Source: Callorhinchus milii
Lineage: Eukaryota
Length of the DNA stretch: 64,000 nucleotides
Assembly (NCBI RefSeq): GCF_018977255.1
Contig: NW_024704742.1
Location: 51,214,001 to 51,278,000 of the forward strand
Direction: 5' to 3'
Shown here: positions 49,861-62,480 of the stretch, piece by piece
Position numbering within the stretch: position 1 is the first letter of the stretch
Layout of the letters: every line of letters begins with the position of its first letter
Notes under the pieces: generated by a model
The model's database searches: none
The model's input: only the letters and a program-made list of their open reading frames with translations
Told to the model about the DNA's origin: nothing
Program-made: the position numbers and the translations under genes

Positions 49861-52800
49861 AGAACTCTCTTAGAACCCAACAGAGAGGGTGGGGGAAAAA
49901 AAATCAAAGAAAGCCAAATTCAGTAGTCAAAAACAAATAAAGAAGGACATATACTAAAAACAGTAAATTCACTATTATTCCCAAACTGTAACAACATTTT
50001 TTACAAGAGCAAATATAAAGTTTCGAAGTTTTCCACCAATTGATGCAAGCTGCCAGCACTGATACCATTCCAGCAGAGTTGCCAGTTGTGCTGCCTTCTT
50101 GCAGAATTTAGCTAGTTTATTAATGAGCCGAAGCCTGGATTCATAGGGCAGTCCTTACTAGAGAAGTTCTGTGCTTTTTAAAAATAAAATCAGTATAAAG
50201 GAAGTGGAGGTTAGGAAACATTTTAAGATCTATCCCATCCCCTTTTATTCCAAATACATGTTCTAAAATAGCACTTTGAGGTGGAAGGAGTTTGACAGAA
50301 GGTGCTGCAGATGTCAATATGTCTGCACCATAACCACAGATCTTCATTTGCAGCAAACACAAACCGTTCTGTTTGGTGAAGATAAGTGGATTGTTGTACG
50401 TCACCACCCTTTTACGATACCTTTTATCACCAACAAAATGAAAAACAGTTTGGGCTAACTCCTATTAGTATAGTAACACACAAACCTACAAATTGCTTAA
50501 CTACTATATACAACATTTAGAAAAAAATACTAAACATCAAATTATTTACATGCAAACTGGTCCAATGTACATTACAGAATATATGTTTTATAGAATAATG
50601 GAGAGCCACAAAATAAAGACATCATCATGGTCAAAGTTCATGCATTCTTATTTTGAATGTACCAACCGGACTTATGTTGTTAGTTTATCATTTTATAGCA
50701 CATTTGTGTTGCAAATGCTTGTGTCTCAGACTCACTGTCAAGTGAGGAAAGAGATAAAAAAAGAATCAAGTAGTTTTCTTTTGCTTTTGAGACTCATAAT
50801 TATTCTATTCCTGACTTTAAATAGCAAATAAATGGCACCAAAACGACGGTATGCAAATGTTGCAGTATAATATGTATCATTATGAGGCCGAGATCAACAG
50901 TGCTCAAAGAGCCTTCTAATCCCAGATCTAGTTACTATACTCCTTAAAAACATTATTGTGGAACATTGACTCTACACATCATTACATCAGCAAGAAAGTA
51001 GAATTCAATCTGCAAAAAATGATTTTAGTTATTTAACATTCTATGTTTTTTATCCTTGTTAACCATGTAAGGTAAATTGCACTTGAATTAGTTAATTGAT
51101 AGGGTGGTGGGTGGAGCAACACACAACCGTACAAGCAGGGCAATATGGCCATAATTTCAGGCTGTGCTACCATAAATACCCAAGCTCATATCCGATTGTA
51201 AGTTTTCCTTTTTTGTGTACAATTCACTTCTTCTGAGTCTAGATTCAGGGAAGGAGAGACAGAAAGACAATCAAAGAAGCAGAGAAATTTGAACCAGAAA
51301 CTTATAACTTGTAAAAAAAATTGCAATTTTTTTAAAAAAGAAAATTCTCATAAAACAGAAGTACATATTATGTGTATATTTTAAAATTCAGCACCATATA
51401 ACCCATTAGGGAACCAGCTTATACAGATGCATCAATATTTCTTAAAATTGAAATAAGGCAGATTGTGCAGAGAGAGAAAAAAAGATTGGTCAGTTTATTA
51501 TTCTCCCTTTTCCTTAAGAGAAGACTTGACTCTCTGACCTTTCTTCCCTCTCTGCAGGGCAGCAATGAAGTTCTGCTACGGGCAGCACAGCCAAGATCAG
51601 CCATCATACTGCAGGAAATCACAAACTTCAAACCCACGACCCATCACTGTGTGGTATAGTTCATTAGAGTGCCAATGCGCTGCACCAATGCGTTGCTTGG
51701 ATAACAAAGATTTATGCATTTCATTTGGAGTAAAATGATTCCATTCAGAAAAACAATGCAGCTAAAGGACTTCCCTGTGATTATACTGCAAGAAAAGAAG
51801 TCACCTTGAAAAGAATTCTGAGCACAGCACCAGTGTGTAGCTCATGATGCTAAAGGACAAGCTGTTAATGATCATTTTTACAGTGTGACATGTTTGAATT
51901 ACTCATCTAAAAGTTATATTGACAGAACTTGAAATTATACCTTGTATATTAGAATCGCTTTTGTCACTTCTAAATGAGCACATTGGAATATGCAGTTACA
52001 GAATTTGTTTAACCACAAATAATGAAACTATGATGTACATCATATGATTTCTGCCAAATGGCTGAACAGTGTTCAATACTTTTGAACTTAATATTTTTTA
52101 ATAAGAATGGAAACTTACTAATAAGATCAGTAAATGGCTTAAGGAATTTTCACCACACTATTATGATTGTTATATGGTTATACCATTACAGTGGACCTGT
52201 GTTGCAATGATGTTGGAACCCATAAAATCCCCATCTGTAAATTAATGAGGCATGATAGCCAGTTTCACTATGCCTGCATGCAATCAGCTGGGTCACTCCT
52301 TGTGCATCAGCTAGCTCCTGCACTAAAATAATAATAATGTAGTCTTTCAGGTCATTTCAACATCATGTCCTGATTTCTGTGCACCCATTAAGTAGAAAGT
52401 GATGTTTCCAATGACCTGATTACCCAGAGGTCGGTCTTTTCTTAGCTGAAAGCTAAACGCTGATAAAGTGGATGATTTCCGGTACATCATATCCCTGCTG
52501 ATTTATGGTTGGTTCACAGGAAGTGACATTGGTGATGATCTAATCACCCAGAAGTGTCCATATTCACCAAAAAGGCATGCGGTGTAAATAGTGTCCATGC
52601 TGCAAACATGTTACAACTGAATTTGCAATAGAAATAGATCATTACAAGGTTATACTGTAAATAATGTTGAAATGAAATGAAAAACTGACCACATTAGTGA
52701 ACTGAGCACATTAATGGGGTGACCTTAAGGTGAGTTTCTACTGTACTGTTAAATCTAGGGCTTAAATCTCACTTTTACAAATTACAAACCTGGCATGAGA

Positions 52801-53799
52801 CATACATAATTCTTAAATGACTGCCACTAGTCACTATCAGAGGTTTAACAGTCATTCTGTGATTTAATAGTCACTTTCCAGAAATCTTGGTTAAGCTTGG
52901 CTATTTTTCTATTTTCTCAGGTTCATCACCAGTTGTGCTCCAATACAGTTAAGGGATCTACTACAGGCCTAAGGTCTTATCCAAGGGCAACAAACCTTTA
53001 TTTCGGCAGCGCATATGTGGCCATCTGCCAAGACAGAGATTCTGCACTGGATCTGCTACGGTAGTCATCTAAGCTTTCCAACCTTGAAGTTGCCAGATTT
53101 AAATATAAAATAGAGTAAAACCTTTTTACTCCTAGAAACATTTTTCATGGAGATGACACCATTGAAAGCAAACTTGTTCATATTTAGATCACCAGGAGAC
53201 TCAATCTGTACATCAACTTCTATTAAATCTATACATTTTAATACATTATTTATAAATGAACACTAGCAATCAACTATGATAAGCAGTCAATGATGAAACG
53301 TATGCTAAGCTTAAGGCTCAACATTCACGAGTTAGTGGATCCAAACAATGAGATCGCCTTATGCTTTCTATTTACATTAAGAAGTTCAAAGGATAGACTT
53401 TAGCCTCTCCCAAATAATAATGTGGGGGGGGTTGTTGAAGAACAGATGTACAAATGTTGATCCAGAAGTCATTTTCATCCTAAGTGAGTAAATGCCATGT
53501 GTTCAACAGCCAGCCTCATAATGGAAGGAAATGTATTGGTTGCAACTAAGGCCAACACTGCATTCTACCATTCTCAAGAGGAAATCATTGCCGTTTTAAC
53601 CTGCATTAGTTTATAGGTTTCCAGGTGATGGTTATAACTTGGCAGAGCCCACATTAAAATAAAACACAATTCCCAATTTGTCTATAAACAAACACTATAC
53701 AGAATTTAATGATGAATAGAATATACATTTTGTGAGCATTTCCTGCTTAGTACCAATTCATAGCACTAATAACACTTCCCTCAGTGCAGGAGCCCTTTG

Positions 53800-55045
53800 A
53801 ATTACAACAATAAAATGTATAGTGCCTTTTACGTCAGGAGGACGCCCCGAGGAGCTGGACAGTCAGTGTTTCACACCCGAGCTGAGGGTTGGGATCAGGA
53901 GGGTGTAGGATGGACGGGCGGACGGAGGGTGATCGAAGGCATGATCGAAGAGGAGGGTTTTGAAGGAGACAAGGGAGGGGGCGAGGCGCAGGGACTGCGG
54001 GATGAACTTCCAGAGGGTAAGGGCAGAGTGGCTGAACGCTCCATTTGCCAATGGTAGGGTGGGCGAGGCGGGGGACATGAAGCAGGCTGGAACTCGCTGA
54101 GCAGAGGGAGCGGGCGGGTTGGGAGGGGTGAGCGAGGCCATGGAGGGCTTTGAAGATGAGGACCAAGATCTTGAACTGTATCCTCCGTGTGATGGAAAGG
54201 CAGTAGAGTCGGGGGAGGATGGAGGTGATAGGGTCACAGAACCTGGTGTGGAAAAGGATATGGGCTGCAGAGTTCTGGATGATCTGCAGCCTATGGAGGA
54301 AAGTGTTGAGGAGGCTGACAAGCAGGGAGTTTGCATAGTCAAGCCTGGATGTTATGAAGGTATGTATGAGGGTTTCGGCGGCCTGTGGTGTGAGACAGTG
54401 GCGGAGCCGGGGGATGTTGGGGAGGTGGGGGAAGGCAGAGCGGATCATGGCATGAATGTGAGGTAGAAAGGATAATTGAGGGTCAAACAAGACCCCAAGG
54501 TTCTGGTCTGGCTCAGTGAGGTGGAGTGTGCAACCATGGATGGTGATGCCGTCAGCGCCTGAGTTGTGGAGGCGCTGACGGGAGCCAATCAGGAGAGCCT
54601 CAGTCTTGTTGACGTTCAACTGAAAAGAGTTAACTCTCATCCAGGACTTGATGTCTGACAGACATTCTGTCAGCACAGTAGTGGTCCTGGAGTCAAGGGT
54701 GGAAGCAGAGAGGTAGAGTTGGGTGCCATCCTCATACAGGTAGAAGTTGACCCCATGTCTGCGGATGATGTCACCAAGAGGGAGCATATAGATATTGAAG
54801 AGGAGGGGACCAAGGACAGAGCCCCGAGGAATGGCGCACGAGACGGTGCGGGGGCTAGAGGAGAAACCATTTGTGGAGATGAAGTGGAGACTCTGTGAGA
54901 GGGAAGATCTGAACCATTCAAAGATAGAATCATGAAGGTTGAAGTGAGAGGCGAGGAGGTGGAGGATAGAGTAGTCAACAGATCGACGGCAGCAGAGAGG
55001 TCAAGGAGGACGAGGAGGCAGAGGGAGCCCTGGTCGCAGATGGAC
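53800..55045 (-). mobile_element. L2 LINE, 5'-truncated, GC-rich
   Basis: ORF 53834-54787 (PLGDIIRRHGVNFYLYEDGTQLYL..LQIIQNSAA..IQFKILVLIFKALHGLA) and LLVLLDLSAAVD upstream. The catalytic YADD appears mutated to YEDG. Confidence 0.93.
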
Positions 55046-55649
55046 AAAATTCACTTTGACCAAAGTGACTGTTTTACTGTTTATGTAAAAAAACAATTTA
55101 AAAGCGCTTTGAGACGTCTTCCTGACGAGAAAGCGCTATATGTGTAAACCATATTGTATTGCCTTGTATTGTAAAACAAGCTGCATACGTGCCCGTATAT
55201 TAGGAATATAGAAACAGAAAATTCCAGCATAAGCCATTCAGATGGCTACAATTGCATTGATATCCAACCTCTCCTGCTCAATGGGTGAAATGGATTCAAA
55301 GGATCTTACTTAATCGCCCTCTTTTTTCAAGCTGAATCATCACTAAATAACATTTGGACTTTATCTGGAATGCTAACTAACATACTTTTTTTAAAAAAAG
55401 ACTGGATATAGATGAATAGTGTTTTGCCCACAAAACACACAATCCATCCACTTCACAATATATTTATACGTGATAAGGCTCTATATTAAATGCAAGGATT
55501 ATTATTTAGATATTTTTTCTTAAAAGTTATCCAACTTCCTTTACTTGATATCCTTTTAGAAAGGCATTTCAAGATTTGTAAGACTTTCTACAGAAGTCAA
55601 GTCTTCAAGATTTGCAAAACTTCCTACAGAATTGCCCTGTTAAAAATAA

Positions 55650-56040
55650 TCCTTACATTTCATATAGAACCTTTTACTTCAGAAGCACGTCTTAAAGTGC
55701 TTCACAGAATATGTTTTGTATATTTTGTGTATAATGAATATGTATGTTGTTGGCAAATACAGCAGCCAATTTGGAGGCAGCAATGTCCCTAAACAACAAT
55801 GAATGACCAATTTTGTTTGCCAGGACATCGGGACAAACTCCCTTACCTTTTCAAATAGTGTTTCAGAACCTTTGAACGGCAACTTGAACAGACAGGCAGG
55901 ACCTTGGTTTTAGCTTCTCACCAGAAGGACAGCACCTCCAAAAATGCAGCACATCCCCAGCACTGCACTGGAGTTCAATATCTGAACATGGGGATTGAAC
56001 ACAATTTCTCAGAGGTAAGAGTGCCACTAACTGAGCCAAT
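55650..56040 (-). mobile_element. DeuSINE-type SINE
   Basis: aagtgcttcacagaatat..gcagccaatt..accttggttttagcttctcaccagaaggacagcacctcc..gggattgaacac..agagtgccactaactgagcc. Confidence 0.75.
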
Positions 56041-57206
56041 TTAGCACATACCTTTTCCCCTTCATTCCTCTCCTGCTCAGTTTCTGACCTCCACTGTAAA
56101 GCACTGCAAGACATTTATTCTATTTGAAGATGCCATATAAATTCAAGTTCTTCATCTAAAGTCTGAAGGCTATTTGCAGCATTAGACCAATGGGAGAAAG
56201 AATACTAATACATTGATTTTTGCCTTTAGTGAGACATTGCCACACTTATTCATGACGTCGGGGAAGGAATGTAGAAAGAAAAAAATAGCTGGTTGATGTG
56301 TGAGAAAGAAGAAGTGGTACACTTCTCAGTCAAGAACAAACCTTCTGTAGACTGACCAAGGGACAGCAATGACCTTCATCTACACCCATACACTTACAGC
56401 CTACTAGGAAAATCAGTATAGCTGTTGGAAGATAAAAGGGGAAGAAAGACCTGAATATAGTTACTAAAATACCCTGTGGTTAAATATGGTCAAGTCTCCA
56501 CTTAGACAATTCTCTTAAGCAAACCCCAAATATTGTGCAAAGTCTGGGTTTGACTCCTCCTCATTTTACTTCCTGTGGTGGATCATCACCTCCAGCTGAC
56601 AGCCCAGCTAAGATTAGGAACTCACCACATGGGAAATTCCAGCCCCAAATCTACATCCTACTGCTCTGTCTGCAGCATAGCACATCAACCACTGCACTAC
56701 TGAGCCATCTCCATTAACCAGCTTTGAAACAAGAGGCAGCTAGAACATTCAGAGGTAGTTATTGGTGCTGAAATTACATAATTCAAAATGGCAAGGAAGA
56801 CTGAGGACAACATTATTGTACATGTTAATGGGGTATCTATCCTTGCTGGAGTTCTCAACTGTCTGACAATTTATCAAACCCTGAACACATGCGCAACTTA
56901 GGGGTCAGGTTCGATCCCCAGCTTTCCTTTCTATCACACATACGTTCCCTGACCAGGATCGCTTTTTCCATATCCACTACACTGCCCACCTCCATCCGTA
57001 CCTCACAACTGACGCAGTTGAAACCCTCATCACACCTTTGTCACTCCCAGATGGACTATTCCAATGCCCTCCTCGCTAGTCTCTCCAGCTCCCTGCCTCA
57101 ATCCCTCAGCCTTACCCTTATATCTATGTTTCAATCCCATCTGAAAACCTCTCTGTGGTCACCTCCCCATTTTCCCTTGCTCAGCATCCAACCCTGCCAC
57201 TACACA

Positions 57207-57425
57207 AAGTACTGCAGATGCTAGAAATCTGAAAACAAAAACAGAAGTCGCCGGGAACATTCAGCAGGTCAGGCAGCATCCAAGGAGAAAGGAAAGTGAG
57301 TCAAGGTTTCGGGTCCACGACCCTTCGTCAGAACCGAACCACTGTTCTGACAAAGTGTCGTCGACCCAAAACATTGACTCACTTTCCTTTCTCCATAGAT
57401 GCTGCCTGACCTGCTGAGTGTTCCC
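57207..57425. mobile_element. Non-autonomous element made of two inverted Penelope terminal repeats
   Basis: 82-bp arms 57253-57334 and 57344-57425 (8 mismatches by eye, 9-nt spacer), homologous to 10881-11012. Flanked by ccctgccactacaca (57192-57206) and ccctgtcactacaca (57423-57437). Confidence 0.85.
57297..57335 (-). ncRNA. Minimal type I hammerhead ribozyme motif, best-preserved copy
   Basis: Minus strand GGTT-CTGACGA-A-GGGTC/gtg/GACCC-GAAAC-CTT-GACTC: intact CUGANGA and GAAA boxes and a 5-bp stem II. One change (G to C) from the consensus GAAACGTT. Confidence 0.68.
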
Positions 57426-57589
57426 TGTCACTACACAGTTCTCCAAGCCATTATCCTGTGTGAAGGGTACTATTTAAAGGAAGCTGATGCTGTAGTAATA
57501 CGAATTAGAACAAAATGTATCCAGGTCTACAAACATGGACACTGCATTCCAGCCATGATTGATTAAAAACTTCACTGTCTGGATACTCA

Positions 57590-58020
57590 CCGCATGAAAT
57601 TTAGTACCCCCATCACATCAGTCATTGCCAAGCTCCACTGCTCCAAATCACCGAACGGATCAATTTCAAAATCCTCTCACTCGTTTTCAAATCACTTCAT
57701 TCACTCGCACCTCCCTACCTATCCGATCTGCTTACCCCCCACTCCACCACCTGCTGCTTCTGCTCGGCTGTCTCCGGCATCCTATGCCCTCCATTCCACC
57801 ATCGGTGGTCGTGCCTTCAGCCACTACGCCCCAAAACTCTGAAACTCTTTCCCTCAATACCTCCTTCTTGCCTCCTCCCTACCTTCAAATCCTGTCTAAA
57901 GACCTTCCTTTTTGATCGTGCTTACGGTCACCTCCCCCCTCCCTCTGACTCCGCCACTGTGAAGCGCTCTGGGACACTACCCCCCATGAAGGGTCCTATA
58001 TAAATGCAAGTTGTTGTTAT
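57590..58020 (+). mobile_element. L2 3' end
   Basis: ITSVIAKLH..STIGGRAFSHYAPKL; tail tgaagggtcctatataaatgcaagttgttgtt. Confidence 0.85.
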
Positions 58021-58872
58021 CAATAGCATCATTTGAGAACTAAACTACTGACAACTAAAGTCAAACATCAGCTTCAAACGATCCTAGGTTTTCAATGTCA
58101 GACTCAACTTAAACACCAGTAAAAGAATTTCATTCAATCATATCTACACAACAGCAGGAAAATACCATTAGAACATCTAACTTACAATGCAACCTTCCAA
58201 AGAAAAAATACATCAGTCTAATAATATGCCAGTAAAATAGGTTTTCACTCTACCTTTTTTTGTCCAAGGTATATGAAATACCGATTCCCTTTGCCATTTG
58301 CTGCCCTGATAAAAACTGTGCATGTCAATGTAAATTCAGCATTATATATCGCAGTACAAGCCCCCAAAAAGTGCAACCCCTAAATCCCTGTCCAACATTT
58401 TCATTCCAGTTAAGAACAGAAACTTTTCCAGAGTCTAATGAGGCAGATGAAAATATAGAAATCACTCAAATTGGGTCAAACCGAGGTATTACGGACGTTA
58501 CAACTTCAAATGGATTCTAAATTTGGACAATAATTGGATGACAGGCACTGCTGTTTCTCGAGAGACCAAGACCTCAGTTCAGTAATGGTGTCAGTAAAAT
58601 CTTGTCAAAATCCTGTACTGCCACCTTTGGTGAACAAAATGACTGACAATCCATTAGCTTTAAATTCTACAACCTCTCACAAACAGAATTACACAATGTG
58701 TTCAATTCTTAATCTACAAATACTGTACTGTAAATAGTAACAACTAGTACAACGCCCAAAAAACTATTTTATACATAACACTACATAAATACTGTATTTT
58801 ATACTTAACATGGCTGGAAAGCAGTGCCCATGTTTATAGACCTGAATACATTTTATTCTAATTTGTATTTAC

Positions 58873-59140
58873 TACAACATCAGCTTGCATTTAAATAGTA
58901 CTCTTCACGTAGGATAATGGCTTGGAGAACTGTGTAGTGGCAGGGCTGGATGCTGAGATGGGGAGGTGACCACAGAGAGGTTTTCAGATGGGATTTAAAC
59001 ATAGATAGAAGGGGTAAGACTGAGGGACTGAGGCAGGGAGTTCGAGATTAGGGTGTAGTGACTGATGATTTGGTCCCAGGTGGTGACTCAGAGGGATCGG
59101 GGCACGTGCAAGTGTGGCTACAGCAGTGGAGTAGAGCAGA
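58873..59140 (-). mobile_element. Old L2 3' tail
   Basis: acaacatcagcttgcatttaaatagtactcttcacgtagg..gggactgaggcagggagttc, a reversed L2 tail. Confidence 0.6.
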
Positions 59141-61936
59141 CTATTTATTACTGTTTTGTTAATTCTACAATCTAACAGCTTAACTACTGTAAATGATGGC
59201 TGTCTGATTGTAGTTCAAATCTCAGTCAATGTAACTGTCAGGCAATTTTTTTTACATTTCTAAATATTACCACAAAAACAATTTTTGCTATGTTCACCAA
59301 TAGACAACTGATACCAGTGGCTACTAATGCAAAAAGAAAACAAATGAAATTTAAAAACAATGTTTCAATCATTTCTTATTTTACTTCCGTTTTGTGGCAA
59401 ACATGGCCTCCGGGTCTAAACGTTTTAAGATTCACTTGTTAGGGAATTTTAAGGAGTAGGAAGGAAGCTCTGGGAGAAGAACATTTTTGGATGCAAAGAT
59501 TTTCACTTTGTTTTATATTCTCTTACTGAAATCACTGAGACTTGACTACATTCTTGAACTCCTGACTTTGAACACGCTCTTGCCATCCCAAATCAGACTT
59601 AACTTCATTTTTTATTCCTATTTCTTACTCACATCCTCAGGTACACGTTACGATTCAGATCTACCTATACTAGTTAGTCAGATTTACCGATCTCTGATAA
59701 TGCTGCATTGTATTATGATTGTATAGTACTCTGTAAAATAAAAATAAGTTCATTTTTTAAATCAGCCTTTATATACTTTATAGAAGCATTTAATGTAGTT
59801 ACATAATGCAAAATATATTACTAAACCATTTAAAAGCTTACACATCATCAGTCAACAACTTAACCATTAAACAGAATCAGAATAGAAATTATGAAAGTCA
59901 CTTACTGCTTCATTTTAAACTGCTCTAGATACCAGTGGAAAATAATTGAGTCACTCGAGCAAGTATGGTGCTCAATTACTATAATGGTTTTGCTGTACTT
60001 ACACAATGAAGTAAAAATGAAGCCATCTTGACCAGACCAGTTTTAAGTCAGTCCAGACAATTCAAGGCTGAAGGATTCAGAAAATGATCAGAATTCATCT
60101 TTGAAAACCGTAATGTTGCCTCCTCTATTCCCTTTGTTCTGCTTCAAAAACCTTACTGATTGGCAATGGCTGCACAGTTTGCAGTCAAATGAATGAACAC
60201 TTCATACCATTACCAGGTTACTAAAATAGAAATAAGCAGATCATTTTAAAGAGGATTCAGCCATCACTTGCCTTTGCAGGAGTATACTCCGACAGTGCTT
60301 ATAATATAAAGCTGTGCTGCACAACAGATAACAGCAGGACCATTCTTTGTGATACAGTACTGACAATACAAATGATTTTATTAAACCACCTTTAACCAAG
60401 CATAACTGTCCAAGTCCAAACTTAACCTAAAATTGTGTTAGATTATAGCTGGCTCAGGAGTTAATTTAAAATGTTATGAAGCTGTGTTCTTATTATTTCA
60501 AACAGAAACATTCAGGAAATTCAGTTACTCATTTTAAATCAGAGAGACGGTTACAATTAAAGGTGCAAACTGTCCTGGTTAAAATATTTAAACCTAAGTA
60601 GTTAGCATGTTAATCACAAAAGTTTTTCTTGAAAAAAAGTAAAAACCCAATGCAGGGTTATTTTTTGCCTGAAGATTATGGAATATTAAAAAAAGGAGAT
60701 TTCAATTTAGCTCTAAATGCAGTTTTAAAAATTCTGTATTTTCAAATAAATCTCATTTCATTTTCTCAAAGCCCCAACAAAACCACTATGTCCTGTTCAT
60801 CCCTGCCAGTTTCGAAGAAGAATTTGCATTTTTCAAGTGCCTTATCATCTCAAAATGTTTCAGATATTTGAACAAGTGTAGTGACTGTCTTAGAGACAAA
60901 TTAGGTGGCTATTTTGTAGCCAGCAACATCTCACGAACAGCAATGAGGTATATGACCAATTTCTCAGGGAAATGTTGGAGAGGATGCAGGAGAAGCTCCA
61001 TTCATCTTCTAAATCATGTCATGGATTCTTCCAACCTCTACAGGCAGATGTCTGGGACTGCAGCATTTAATGTTTCATCATAGTTTAGTCCTGTTATGTT
61101 TCAATAAACATTATTTTTGCTACAAAAAAATGAAGTATGCCATTACATTAGCAATATTACTATTAATATAAGTAATAAACTATTTACAAGTTCACAATAT
61201 TTCTATGTAAAATATAATAGCATGCTAATTATTGCTGAAATATATTTCATGGACCTTATTTGATGCAGTCACATTGTCTCTTTCCTACTGAACACCTATT
61301 GAAAGGTTCTTATATCTTTTCTTCATTAATTCAGTTAAACTAGTTTCATAAATGAGATATTTTCCCTAAATATTTCATTAAATACACTATGGTCCAATAT
61401 CTAAAAAAGGAGTCAATTGCAGTGGTTTGGGGGAAAAAGGCTGGTATATGGGACTGAATGGATAGCTCTTTCAAAGAGCCAGCACAGATAAAATAGACCA
61501 AGTAACTTTCTCCAGCACTGTAAGGTTTTACAACAGAAAACAACATTCCAAAATGTCCTGAACAGGAGTTTACTTCTCATTGAAAGTAGAATTTGTTTTC
61601 CTGAAAGTGAGTCCACTTCAAGAGATATTTGGCACAACTCCCTCCTGCTCAGCCTAAGCACTGAAGACATTTTGAATGATCATGATCGTGATGGAATCAT
61701 TCAAAATCACTTTTCTTATGTATTATATTTAAATAAGTGACTGTCCAGAGGATTTCATACAAGTGGCGTTTTTTTTTTAAAAAAGTGATGACTTTAGTCC
61801 TAATATATTTTACTAATCAACGGGCTTCATTGCTCTGCCCCTGAAATATAATTTTCACAAAACGTTTCATTCTATATATAGACAAAGTAGAAATCACCAA
61901 ATGTCTAAATTCCAACAAATGTTGGAATTTAATTTG

Positions 61937-62155
61937 GTTGTTCGGCGATTGGCAGATCGCTTTTCCAGGGTAAAATCCCTTAAAAATAATATTTTATTAT
62001 TCGACTGTTTGTGGGACACTGCTGTGCGCAATCAGCTACTGCAATTCACCCAAAAATATACAGTCAATTAAATTTACAGAATATTCTGGGAAGCACTTTG
62101 AGACATCTCGACGACATGATATGGCGCTATATCAAATGCAAGAATTATTATTATG
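61937..62155 (+). mobile_element. tRNA-SINE 3' half
   Basis: gattggcagatcgcttttccagggtaaaatccc..gactgtttgtgggacactgctgtgcgcaat..ggcgctatatcaaatgcaagaattattatt, matching 29773-30143. Confidence 0.85.
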
Positions 62156-62375
62156 ATTATCAGATGTAGAAGAAAACTATTACAGAGGAAAAATCAGCAG
62201 GAACTAATCAACTCAACTTACAAAACAAAACTGTTTTAGGGTTCTTCTAAACATCAAAATATTTGAGCAACAGGACTTATTATACTTTATACTTTTGCTG
62301 GGAATAGAATTTACCCAATGCCTGAGAGGGCCATGCTTAATAAACACAATCTTTTCTTTGTATTATTTGTTTGCC

Positions 62376-62480
62376 AGTTAGTGGCCTCGCCTTGCAATTG
62401 AGAGGACAAGGGCTCGATTTGGCAAGTTTCCTTACTCCACACACCTGTTTACCTAGCAGTAAGTAGGTATCCAGTTGTTG
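62376..62480 (+). mobile_element. tRNA-SINE 5' half
   Basis: ctcgccttgcaattgagaggac..ggcaagtttccttactccacacacctgtttacctagcagtaagtaggtatccagttgttg. Confidence 0.75.

Larger units (their letters stand above)
56880..57495 (+). mobile_element. Decayed L2 fragment hosting the inverted Penelope-derived insertion
   Basis: MRNLGVRFDPQLSFLSHIR..MDYSNALLASL before 57200; tail remnant gtgtgaagggtactatttaaaggaagctg after 57440. Confidence 0.7.

Noticed and set aside
53834..54787. 317-aa ORF, the longest in the window, as a functional or domesticated gene
   Set aside because: L2 ORF2 fragment with YADD changed to YEDG and a frameshifted C-terminal part; a decayed copy.
57253..57425. Pre-miRNA or classic DNA-transposon MITE interpretation of the hairpin
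   Set aside because: The arms are homologous to the terminal repeat of the GIY-YIG-bearing element at about 10.9 kb, so a Penelope origin explains it better.
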